Shown here: positions 21,165 through 29,587 of the stretch, one piece after another
How the letters are laid out: each line of letters begins with the position of its first letter
How positions within the stretch are numbered: the stretch's first letter is position 1
Assembly (NCBI GenBank): GCA_963762145.1
Contig: CAVXJS010000009.1
Span: 672,001-736,000, forward strand
Length of the DNA: 64,000 bases
Source of the DNA: an uncultured Candidatus Rokubacteria bacterium
GTDB lineage: Bacteria > Methylomirabilota > Methylomirabilia > Rokubacteriales > CSP1-6
Reading direction: 5' to 3'
Notes under the pieces: model-generated
What the model saw: the letters and a program-made list of their open reading frames with translations, nothing else
The model's database searches: none
What the model was told of the DNA's origin: nothing
Made by a program: the position numbers and the translations under genes

Positions 21165-21314
21165 TCAGATGGATCGGCGGCCCGCAATGAACTGGAACAC
21201 GACGACAATGACAGCGATCACCAACAGGAGATGAACCATCCCGCCGCCCGTGTAGGAGCTGCCCATGCCGAGCGCCCACAGTACTAACAGAATCACTGCA
21301 ACCGTCCACAGCAT
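21165..21314 (-). CDS. lmo0937-family small membrane protein (49 aa)
   Basis: AAGGAGG RBS; MLWTVAVILLVLWALG...GGMVHLLLVIAVIVVVFQFIAGRR. Confidence 0.9.
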   Translation of the reverse strand: MLWTVAVILLVLWALGMGSSYTGGGMVHLLLVIAVIVVVFQFIAGRRSI

Positions 21315-21402
21315 GATCCCCTCCTTACTGCGTCCCTGACACCGGCCCCCTCGCCCGAAGCGATTCGAGGGGCCGGTCAGGAAGCCGAAACCGCGCGAGC
21401 CG

Positions 21403-21489
21403 TTAACGGCGCCAGCGAGAGTATCCCCACCCCCCACCACCGAGGAGGAACAACACGACGAGAACGATCAGTATCGTCTCCGTGGACAT
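21403..21489 (-). CDS. 28-aa membrane microprotein (DUF3309-like)
   Basis: GGGAGGTG RBS; MSTETILIVLVVLFLLGGGGWGYSRWRR; below the ORF-track cutoff. Confidence 0.75.
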   Translation of the reverse strand: MSTETILIVLVVLFLLGGGGWGYSRWRR

Positions 21490-21546
21490 GATTCATCACC
21501 TCCCACTACTGCGTTGCGACTGCTACGACGGGCGTCATCGCCCATT

Positions 21547-21620
21547 AGTCTAGTCGCGACCATTTGCGGCGCCTATTGGACCTAGGTCCACTACGGAATC
21601 GAGATGCAGCCCACTAGAGT
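21547..21620. promoter_or_regulatory. TGGAC-N4-GTCCA operator with -10 boxes on both sides
   Basis: TATTGGACCTAGGTCCACTA (21574-21593); TAGACT on minus (21552-21547) and TAGAGT on plus (21615-21620), both 31.5 bp from the centre. Confidence 0.75.
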
Positions 21621-21660
21621 ACAAGCAACCAGTGATCGGCTCGGATGAGGGGTGTCCATT

Positions 21661-22362
21661 TCATGACGGGCCTCCCTGGCGTTCGTGCACCGCTCGCTCC
21701 ACATCCTCGCGGACGAGCAGACCGATCAGCTCGCCCGCCGAGGTCGTCACGAGAACGTTCGGGAGATCGCGCGTGGCCATGACCTTCGCCAACTCCTCGA
21801 TGGCCACGTGCGGCCGGTAGGTGCTCGGTCCGGGGCGCATGGCGGAACCGGCAGTAACCTCTCCGTCCCTGCCGAGTTGGTCGGCGCGGAGGAGTCCCAT
21901 GACGATTCGCTTCTCATTGACCACGACGCAGGCGTCCCATCCAGCGGCGCGAACGCGTGCCCGAACATCCCGGAGGGGTTCCTCGAGAAGGCAGGTCGGT
22001 ACCTCCCGGCGCGCGACCATCGCGGCAGTCGGTCGGCCGGCAGCCGCGCCTTCGGTCGGGAGCCCGGCCGCCATCCAGTCTGACTTGCCCGCCGCGTAGT
22101 CGTACACCTGGCCGAACCCGAGGCTTTCGAGCCGCCACGCGGCTCGTGCACTCAGGTCTCAGGCAGAGTCCCAGCAGTAGACGACTACGGGTCGCTCGGG
22201 AGCCAAGCTCGCCCGGACCTCGGAATCGATCTTCCGAAGTGGGATGTGCATCGCGCCCGGCAGATGCTGCTCGTCGAACTCCTCTTTGGGCAGTACCTCG
22301 ACGAGCTGCGCACCCTGTGCTACCAGTTGCTGTGCGGCCTCGCGTCCGATTTCAGTCGGCAT
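21661..22362 (-). CDS. Rhodanese + CBS-pair protein, probable selenoprotein (UGA at codon 68)
   Basis: VVVYCWDSA-TGA-DLSARAAWRLESLGFGQVYDYAAGKSDW read in one frame; two CBS domains follow; SECIS-like hairpin. Confidence 0.85.
22128..22146 (-). other. Bacterial SECIS-like hairpin
   Basis: CGAGCCGC-GTG-GCGGCTCG starting 13 nt after the UGA; loop begins GU after a 20-nt spacer. Confidence 0.7.
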
Positions 22363-22520
22363 CTTCCTTCTTCCTTTCGGATCTGGGATTGGAGCGAGGG
22401 CACCACGTGGCCACGCGCGGTGGATTGAGGGGCAGGAATCGCGCTCCTCGTCCCGGCGCGACGGGTCCCCCACGTGCGAACGCCCGGAGCGAGGCTGGGG
22501 ACGACCGTCATCTGATAGCG

Positions 22521-22569
22521 ATGCTAACCGCCTCCAGAGGAGCTGCCTAGTGGACCAAGGTCCACTAGG
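22521..22569 (-). promoter_or_regulatory. TGGAC-N4-GTCCA operator with promoter
   Basis: CCTAGTGGACC-AA-GGTCCACTAGG (perfect 11-2-11, 22546-22569); TAGGCA-17-TAGCAT. Confidence 0.8.
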
Positions 22570-22615
22570 TGAACCTGAGCGCGGCGACTAAGGACGAGGA
22601 GCGGCGTGGCTGCCG

Positions 22616-24415
22616 TCAACGCGCTCTCTCCAGGGCCACCGGCAAGGTGAAACGGAAGCTCGCCCCTCCCTGCGGATTGTTCTCGGCTTCCACCGCGCCG
22701 CCGTGCGCGTTGACGATGGTTCGCACGATGGCCAGCCCCATCCCCAGCCCCGCGCTCTTGGTCGTGTAGAGCGGCTCGAAGATGTGGTCGAGATCCTTCA
22801 GGGCGATGCCTGGCCCTGAGTCCTGAACCGTGACGTGGAGCTCGCCGGCGCCGTCTCGGGCCGTCCGGATGACGAGAGTGCGCGCCCCCGTGTGGGGTTC
22901 GCGCATCGCTTCGAGCCCGTTGAGCACCAGGTTGAGCACCACCTGCTGGAGCTGGACCCTGTCGCCGCGGGCGTTCGGAATGTCCGAGGAGAGCTCGAGG
23001 CTCATCGACACCTTGCGCATGATCGTATCGCTTCTCATGAGCCACGCGACCTCGGTGACGATCTCGTTGAGGTCGAGCGGCACGAACTCCGGCTCACCCT
23101 TCTTGAGGAGGGCGCGCAGTCCGCTGATCACGGCGGTGGCTCGTTCGTCGTCCGCCACGATGTCGCTCAGGATCACACGAATCTCGCGCACCTTCTCGAG
23201 ATCCACCACGTCGCCCTCGACAAGGAGTTGGGCCGCGTGCGCGTTGTTGAGGATCGCGGTCAGCGGCTGGCTCAGCTCGTGGGCCAGCGACGCGGTCAGC
23301 TCGCCCAAGGCGGAGACCCGGCCGATGTGAGCCAGGTCCTGCCGGAGCCGCACCGCCTCGAGCTCCCCCTGCTTGCGTGACAACGCATTGGCGAAGACCT
23401 CGCCGAGGAGGTGAAGCTGCTGGATCAGCTCGTCCGACTTCGCGCGCTCGGCCCCGACCGTGCTGAATATCAGCCCTCCCACCACGATTCCACTCACCAG
23501 GAGAGGCACCGCGACTTGGGGCTTGACCCGGTGCACGAGATAGCTCTGCCGATCCACCGCCGCCTCGTCCGGCAGCTCCTCGAGGTGCGATACGTTGATG
23601 ACCTCACCCCGCTGCAGCCGTGCCGTCATCCACGGAAACTCACCCATCTCCACCCATTCCTCGACCGCCCAGGAACGGGTGGCCGTGCCGTCCCGGGTGA
23701 ACTCGATGAGGCTGCCGCGATCGACCCCCAGGAAATCGACAACCTGGCGAAGCCCTCGCTGGACCGCTTGGTCGAAATCGGCAGCTGACAGATGGCTGAA
23801 TGCGGTCGCCAGGGAGGACAGGAGCTTCTCGAAGCGCAGCCGCTCGGCGAGCGATAGCTCCATCCGCCGGCGATCCAGGATCCCGGCGAAGGCCTCGCTG
23901 AGGAGGCGGAGCCGCCCCACCAGGTCGTCCGGCCAAGCGTGGCCGTCACGAACGGAGGCGAAGGAGAGCACCCCGAGGATGGGTCCCCCGGTGCGCAGGG
24001 GGATCAACACTTGCGAGCGCGTGCCCACGCGCTCCCAACTGGCCCGATCGATCGCGGCCGCCTTTGGCAGCTCGGCGAGTCGAGAGAATCGGACAACCTC
24101 CCCTTCCCGTAGTCTCCCCGATACCCAGGGGAACAGGTCGGCGGCCGTGACCTGCTCCTCGAGGCCCGGCCGTGCCCACGAGAGGCGGAGCCTCGGCCTG
24201 CCTTCGGCGTGCTCGTCGAGCCCGCCTCGATCCACGCCCAGGAACGTGACCACCTGCTGTAGTGCGCGCTCGATCGCCACGCCAGTGTCGGGCGCGCTCA
24301 CGTGAATCAACCCGGCGGACAGCTCCGAGAGGAGCGTCTCGAAGCGCAGGCGGTTCGCCAGCAGGAGCTTCGTCGACCGGCCCGTCCGCCGGCGAGCCAA
24401 ATCGCGGCGTTTCAC
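22616..24415 (-). CDS. Cytoplasmic histidine kinase with two GAF-like repeats (FixL/NodV-type kinase core)
   Basis: Repeated RLRFETLLSELS / RLRFEKLLSSLA; LAHIGRVSALGELTASLAHELSQPL; GDRVQLQQVVLNL; GLGMGL; no TM segment. Confidence 0.92.
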   Translation of the reverse strand: MKRRDLARRRTGRSTKLLLANRLRFETLLSELSAGLIHVSAPDTGVAIERALQQVVTFLGVDRGGLDEHAEGRPRLRLSWARPGLEEQVTAADLFPWVSGRLREGEVVRFSRLAELPKAAAIDRASWERVGTRSQVLIPLRTGGPILGVLSFASVRDGHAWPDDLVGRLRLLSEAFAGILDRRRMELSLAERLRFEKLLSSLATAFSHLSAADFDQAVQRGLRQVVDFLGVDRGSLIEFTRDGTATRSWAVEEWVEMGEFPWMTARLQRGEVINVSHLEELPDEAAVDRQSYLVHRVKPQVAVPLLVSGIVVGGLIFSTVGAERAKSDELIQQLHLLGEVFANALSRKQGELEAVRLRQDLAHIGRVSALGELTASLAHELSQPLTAILNNAHAAQLLVEGDVVDLEKVREIRVILSDIVADDERATAVISGLRALLKKGEPEFVPLDLNEIVTEVAWLMRSDTIMRKVSMSLELSSDIPNARGDRVQLQQVVLNLVLNGLEAMREPHTGARTLVIRTARDGAGELHVTVQDSGPGIALKDLDHIFEPLYTTKSAGLGMGLAIVRTIVNAHGGAVEAENNPQGGASFRFTLPVALERAR

Positions 24416-24643
24416 CTCAGCTATCTCTCGGCGCGCAAGCGCCAGGCTTCGGATTCTGGCGCCACACGAGATAACACGTCAGGTGGGCCACTGCCGCCCC
24501 TTGCGCTCCTTCGATGCAGTCGCGCTGCCAGTTCGGGATCAACCCCTGGCTGGCCGGTCAGGCCTCGTGACGTTCTTCGACGTCCGCCCCGCCAGGCCTT
24601 CAGCCACCGAATTCCAGCAACCGGGCCACGGCACACTAGGCCG

Positions 24644-24649
24644 ATTATA
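24644..24649 (-). promoter_or_regulatory. Consensus -10 box upstream of the kinase
   Basis: TATAAT on the minus strand about 230 bp upstream of 24415. Confidence 0.4.
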
Positions 24650-24789
24650 CCCCTCACCCATGATTTACGAGAGGTTGCACGCGATAGACAGTCGCACAAT
24701 GGCGTCAGGATCGACGGTCGCGGCCGGGGATGCTGGGTGATGCTGCAGTGAACTCGAAAGCAGGTCAGTCCACCAAACCGGGGGCAACT

Positions 24790-24979
24790 CTAGAGTTCAC
24801 GGCCTGGTCGGGCTTGCCGCGCGGGAGCGCGGGGCTCCTGGCTTCGCCGAGACGTGAACGGTGTACCCTTTGAACCGGATGGGCGCGCTGATCTTCCTTC
24901 GGATGATCCCGCTCACACGCCCTGCCCCGGGGGTTCAGCTCACATGGTCACCGATCTTGAACGCGCCCGGCCTGGCCAT
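24790..24979 (-). pseudogene. DUF2945 (Hva1 Tudor-like) protein, frameshifted
   Basis: MARPGAFKIGDHVS then shifted NPGAGRVSGIIRRKISAPIRFKGYTVHVS; 3' end approximate. Confidence 0.7.
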
Positions 24980-24991
24980 CTCTTCCCTGTC

Positions 24992-25369
24992 CTAGGAGGC
25001 ACCGCCAAGGGTGAGCAGACAGGCGCTCTCATCGAGGGCCTCCACCTCATGCGCGACGGCTGCCTCCAGCACGACGAGCTCGCCGGATCCAAGCCGCTCC
25101 GCGCGGCCGCCAGCCCGAAAGGTCACGGAGCCGCTCAGGACATGGAAGGTCAGCGGCCCGGCGGTCTGATGCTCGGAGAGCGTGGTCCCCTTGCCGAGCA
25201 GCATCAGCACCACGCGAAGTGCGGGCTCCTTGACCAAGGTGATCGCGTTGCGTCCACTCGTACGCCATGTGGTCTCTTGCCTGAGCCGCTCCAGCTGCTC
25301 GCCGAGCCGCAGGCACTGGAGGGGAACCTCGACGGGGCGGGCCGGTCTCGCCTTCCACTCGTCCACCAT
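24992..25369 (-). CDS. Cupin-domain protein
   Basis: LSEHQTAGPLTFHVLSG...HEVEALDESACLLT. Confidence 0.88.
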   Translation of the reverse strand: MVDEWKARPARPVEVPLQCLRLGEQLERLRQETTWRTSGRNAITLVKEPALRVVLMLLGKGTTLSEHQTAGPLTFHVLSGSVTFRAGGRAERLGSGELVVLEAAVAHEVEALDESACLLTLGGAS

Positions 25370-25439
25370 GACTGTCTCCAATCTGCCGTTCTGTGAGAGT
25401 GCGAAGACACGCTGATAGCCCAAGTGTCGGCATCGCGTA

Positions 25440-26231
25440 CTACTTCTGCTGCCCGCGCGCCGATGTTGTTGCGCCGAGAAGAAGTCCCTCGAAACGCCGA
25501 GGAGCCTCAGGCTCGTTGGCCCTGACACTCCCGCCCCCGGCACGGGCCGACTGCCTCAGCCGTTCCGTCCGCATCCGTTCCATGAGCTGGGGGAACGAGG
25601 ACGTCCGCATGCTCGACGCGAACTGGCTCCGATATGTGGACACGAGACTCGTACCGTCCAACACGATGTCGTAGACAGCCCACCGCGAGCCGCGTTCGAG
25701 CAACTGATACTCGATCGAGATCCCGGAACCGGTGGCTGGGGTGACGAGGGAACGCACTCGAGCAAGAGATCCGGTGACCTCCTCGCTCAGGAATGCCACG
25801 CGCTCACCGGAGTACCGTTCCACGGCCGTCGCGTAAGCCTGGGTGAAGACGTCGGCGAACAGCCGAACGAACTCGTCCTGCTCCTGCGGCAGACAGTCTT
25901 TCGAATGCTGCCCCATTACCCGGCGGGCCATTTCGTTGAAGGCGAAGAGGTCGAGAGCGACGCGGCGGATCTGTGTGCGGCGGTCCTCGCTGCCGGCCAT
26001 ACTTACCGTCGGCGACTGGGTAATCGCGAGCACGCGCGAGACCGAGGACTTCACGAGGTCGAGGGGCCTGAGTGAGCCAGCGGCCGCTCCCGTGTCGTCC
26101 CCCGGCTGGGCGCCACCTACGATGCCCGCACTGCCGAGGTTGAGAGCAAGCACGAGAACCACGAGCGCGGACAGGCAACGCCCAGTGAGTCGCCAGCTTG
26201 CCAAGGGCGCTCGCGCCGGGAGAGGCCTCAT
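25440..26231 (-). CDS. MlaC/Ttg2D-family periplasmic binding protein (divergent)
   Basis: FAFNEMARRVMG...WAVYDIVLDGTSLVSTYRSQF. Confidence 0.85.
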   Translation of the reverse strand: MRPLPARAPLASWRLTGRCLSALVVLVLALNLGSAGIVGGAQPGDDTGAAAGSLRPLDLVKSSVSRVLAITQSPTVSMAGSEDRRTQIRRVALDLFAFNEMARRVMGQHSKDCLPQEQDEFVRLFADVFTQAYATAVERYSGERVAFLSEEVTGSLARVRSLVTPATGSGISIEYQLLERGSRWAVYDIVLDGTSLVSTYRSQFASSMRTSSFPQLMERMRTERLRQSARAGGGSVRANEPEAPRRFEGLLLGATTSARGQQK

Positions 26232-26240
26232 CGCAGTATG

Positions 26241-26294
26241 ACTCTAGCGTTCGTCAGCCGGCCCGGCCTATTGGACCTTGGCCTATTGGACCTT
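26241..26294 (-). promoter_or_regulatory. Duplicated operator half-site with promoter
   Basis: GGCCTATTGGACCTT twice (26265-26294); TAGGCC-18-TAGAGT. Confidence 0.65.
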
Positions 26295-26337
26295 GGGGCA
26301 CCCCCCTGCTCGTCGAGGCGCGCTCCAGCGCTTCGGC

Positions 26338-26919
26338 TCAGGAGGTGCCAGGGCCCTTGAGTCGTCGAACCAGCTCCCCGTACGAGGTCGTCCGGATGAC
26401 TCGGTCGAACTGAGACCGATAGCTCGCGATGAGGCTGACGTTCTCGACCAGAACGTCGTAGATAAGCCAACGATCCGCCTTCCGTAGCAGGCGCGACTCG
26501 ACTGGTATCTGCGTCCCCTTCTTGGTCACGATCACCGCCCGCACGATCGCATAGTCACCGTCGATCTTCTCACTCACATACTTGATCTGCTCGCCACCGT
26601 ACTCGCCGATCCGGGACAGGTACCCGCGCTCGAGAAGATCCTGGAACAACTGCACAAACTCCCCCTGCTCCGCCGCGGTGCGTTGCTGCCAGTGGAGCCC
26701 GAGGGCGCGCTTGGCGGCTTCTGTCACGTCGAACGCTTCGCCGGCGACCGTCCGCACCGCTTCCAGACGAGCCGAGGCCGTCAGCGTCGGGTTCTCCAAG
26801 GCCTTCATCACTTGATCGGTGTACGCGCGTAGCTGCTCGGTCGGCGAACTCGCCCATGCGTACCCCTCGAGACTCAGCGTGATGACCACCGTCAGCGCCA
26901 ACTGCCGCATGATTTTCAT
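26338..26919 (-). CDS. MlaC/Ttg2D-family periplasmic binding protein
   Basis: AGGAGG RBS; signal peptide; FDVTEAAKRALGLHW...WLIYDVLVENVSLIASYRSQF. Confidence 0.92.
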   Translation of the reverse strand: MKIMRQLALTVVITLSLEGYAWASSPTEQLRAYTDQVMKALENPTLTASARLEAVRTVAGEAFDVTEAAKRALGLHWQQRTAAEQGEFVQLFQDLLERGYLSRIGEYGGEQIKYVSEKIDGDYAIVRAVIVTKKGTQIPVESRLLRKADRWLIYDVLVENVSLIASYRSQFDRVIRTTSYGELVRRLKGPGTS

Positions 26920-26978
26920 GGTCCCTCCTGTTCGATCAGCTCGGTCTACTCTGGCGCAAACCTCTGCGCCTGATCGCG

Positions 26979-27098
26979 ACTCTAGCCGACGTGATCCCGC
27001 GCGCCTATTGGACCTTGGTCGCTGGTGACTCTCCACACTGGCGTGGCAGGTCGTTGGACCAAGGTCCGATAGCCTGGCCCTCGGCCGTCACCTAGACT
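26979..27098. promoter_or_regulatory. Divergent promoter pair, each with its own TGGAC-N4-GTC operator
   Basis: CCTATTGGAC-CTTG-GTCGC (27004-27022) with minus-strand TAGGCG-17-TAGAGT; TTGGAC-CAAG-GTCCGATAG (27054-27072) with plus-strand TAGCCT-17-TAGACT. Confidence 0.75.
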
Positions 27099-27154
27099 CG
27101 GAGTACGTGAACCATGAACAACAGAGGTGCACTGCCACCGAACGGGAGAGACTT

Positions 27155-27388
27155 ATGGCAACCAAGGTGAGAGTCAACCTAGCCAACGAGCAAGAATTGC
27201 TGGAGCTTCCAGGCGTCGGCCCTGCGGAAGCGGCCGCGATCGTCAGGTTCCGCTCGGCACACGGTCCCGTCAAGGACGCTGACCAGCTTGCCACAATCTT
27301 GATCGGGTTCCCGCTTGACGAAACGCTCCGAGAGCGTGCCGACTTCGCTCCCTCCGACAGCACAGCGCCCGAGGCACCAGGAGCCTAG
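27155..27388 (+). CDS. Stand-alone helix-hairpin-helix (ComEA-like) protein
   Basis: VNLANEQELLELPGVGPAEAAAIVRFRSAHGP. Confidence 0.85.
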   Translation: MATKVRVNLANEQELLELPGVGPAEAAAIVRFRSAHGPVKDADQLATILIGFPLDETLRERADFAPSDSTAPEAPGA

Positions 27389-27539
27389 CCCCCGAGTTTC
27401 CTCGCCGGTCGGCGCCACACCGGCGACACACCAGCTCACGCCGCTTCCCCTCTAACAGGAGCTCACAGATGGATGCGATTCAATCACCCGCGACACGGCT
27501 CGGCGCCTCTCCTCGCGCGCCCTCGGCGGGGGAACGGAC

Positions 27540-29375
27540 GTGAACAAGGGATGGGGGATCGTCGCGCTCGTCATCGTGGGCTTGTACTGGCTGCAGGCCG
27601 TGTTGATTCCGCTGGCGCTGGCCGTCCTGCTCACGTTTCTCTTGAGTCCCGTGGTGGGCACCCTCCAACGGCGAGGCCTGGGCCGGGTACCGTCGGTCCT
27701 CGTGACGGTCCTCCTCGCCCTCTCCATCCTGGGCGGGATTGGCTGGACGCTCACTCGCCAGATGGTGACGCTCGCCGACGAGCTGCCGCGGTACAGCCTG
27801 AACATCCACCAGAGAATCGCGGACCTTCGCGGGGCGAGCCAGGGTGGCTCCATGGAGAAGGTTCAGCAAGCGGTGGAGGACGTCGTCGGCGAGCTTCAGA
27901 AGACGGGCAAGGGGGGTGGGCCGGGTCCAAAGCCCCTCGCCGTGGTCCTGGAGCCCCCGTCCATCCTTTCCCACCTGCCAACCCTTCTCCAAGCGTTGGC
28001 AAGCGCGGGGGTCGTGACCGTGCTCATGATCTTCATGCTGCTCGAGCGCCGGGAGCTCCGGGATCGGGTCATCTTGCTGGTCGGGTATCGACGGATGACG
28101 GCGACGACGAGAGCGCTAGACGAAGCCGGGACGCGCATCAGCCGGTACCTGCTCATGCAATCCCTCATCAACGGCGGCTTCGGCGTGGCCGTGGGGATCG
28201 GCCTGTTCCTGATCGGGGTTCCCTACGCCGTCATCTGGGGGTGCCTGGCGGCCGCCCTCCGGTTCATCCCGTACTTGGGGGCATTCGTCGCGCTGCTCCT
28301 GCCCCTGGTCCTCAGCCTGGCAGTGTTCCCGGGGTGGCTCCAGCCGGCGCTGGTCGTCAGTCTGTTCCTCGTGCTGGAGCTGATCACCGGCTGGGTGATG
28401 GAGCCGTGGTTGTACGGTCAAAGTGCCGGGGTCTCGCCGGTTGCGCTCCTGATCGCGTTGACCTTCTGGACCTGGCTGTGGGGACCGGTGGGACTACTGA
28501 TCGCGACGCCCCTGACGGTCTGTCTCATCGTGCTCGGCAAGCATCTGCCCGCGCTGAGGGGCATCGTCGTACTCATGAGTGACCGCCCGGTCATCGAGGC
28601 CAAGGCGCGCTACTACCAGCGACTGCTCGCACGAGACCAGGACGAGGCGATCGACATCGTCGAGACCTCCGTGAACGCAGATGGACGGGAGTCGGTCTAT
28701 GATGCGGTGCTCCTCCCCGCGCTCTACTACGCCAAGCAGGACCGTGATCGCGGGCTGTTGAGCGAGGATGACGCTCAGTTCGTGGGACAGGCGACCCGAG
28801 AGATCCTCGACGTTCTCGCCCACGACCCGCCGGCGCCCTCCGAGAGGTACGGTGGGGACCTCTCGGTCAGCGATCCCGGCGTTACGCCGGTCCGGATCCT
28901 CGGGTGTCCCGCTCGAGACGAGACGGATGCCGTGGGGCTCGAGATGGTGCGACACCTGCTCGACCCGGCGCGGTACCAGATCGAGATCAGCGGAGCCGGG
29001 ATGCTCACCGCCGAAGTTGTCGCTCAGGTCGGCGCGGACCGCCCCACTCTCGTTTGCATCGGGGCGGTGGCCCCAGGAGGCTTGAGCCAGGCGCGGCATC
29101 TCTGCAAGCGCCTGCGTTCGCAGCATCCGGAGCTCAAGATCGTGGTCGGTCGCTGGGGCCTCCACGACGAGAAGGATACCGATCGCGAGCACCTGCTCGC
29201 GGCCGGGGCCGACTACGTCGAGACGACGGTGCTCGATACGCAACGAGCACTCGCGCAGGTGGGGCTCACGCTCGGGCGGCCCGCTCCGGAATCGCCACCC
29301 GCGCCGGTGCCCGAGATCGTGCCCTGGACTGCCCCGACGACGGTCACGGCGCTCGGGCGTGCCCAAGGCGCGTGA
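27540..29375 (+). CDS. AI-2E family transporter with C-terminal cytoplasmic Rossmann-like extension
   Basis: LRFIPYLG, EPWLYGQSAGVSP, WTWLWGPVGLLIATPLTV; YYQRLLARD; C-terminal IVVGRW. Confidence 0.9.
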   Translation: MNKGWGIVALVIVGLYWLQAVLIPLALAVLLTFLLSPVVGTLQRRGLGRVPSVLVTVLLALSILGGIGWTLTRQMVTLADELPRYSLNIHQRIADLRGASQGGSMEKVQQAVEDVVGELQKTGKGGGPGPKPLAVVLEPPSILSHLPTLLQALASAGVVTVLMIFMLLERRELRDRVILLVGYRRMTATTRALDEAGTRISRYLLMQSLINGGFGVAVGIGLFLIGVPYAVIWGCLAAALRFIPYLGAFVALLLPLVLSLAVFPGWLQPALVVSLFLVLELITGWVMEPWLYGQSAGVSPVALLIALTFWTWLWGPVGLLIATPLTVCLIVLGKHLPALRGIVVLMSDRPVIEAKARYYQRLLARDQDEAIDIVETSVNADGRESVYDAVLLPALYYAKQDRDRGLLSEDDAQFVGQATREILDVLAHDPPAPSERYGGDLSVSDPGVTPVRILGCPARDETDAVGLEMVRHLLDPARYQIEISGAGMLTAEVVAQVGADRPTLVCIGAVAPGGLSQARHLCKRLRSQHPELKIVVGRWGLHDEKDTDREHLLAAGADYVETTVLDTQRALAQVGLTLGRPAPESPPAPVPEIVPWTAPTTVTALGRAQGA

Positions 29376-29587
29376 AGGCCTCGAAAGGCGTGGAAGCCGC
29401 GGTGCGACTGAGCTATGCTCCGCCCACCACGATATTCATTCCTGACGACGTTGATTTGACGCGCTGAAGACTGCCTCCACCAAGGGAAGCTGCGGCAGCT
29501 CTGGTTGATCAGCCTTTCATACGGCTGCGCTCTGCAGGTTCTGATGAGCGCAACACGACCGACGATATCAGGGAAAGGGAGCCGGCA

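Noticed and set aside
24935-24937. TGA in the DUF2945 gene as a second selenocysteine
   Set aside because: It falls at a Trp position and the similarity continues in another frame, so it results from a one-base deletion.
29541-29578. CTGATGAG...GAAA as a hammerhead ribozyme core
   Set aside because: No stem II closing onto the GAAA and no supporting stems I/III.
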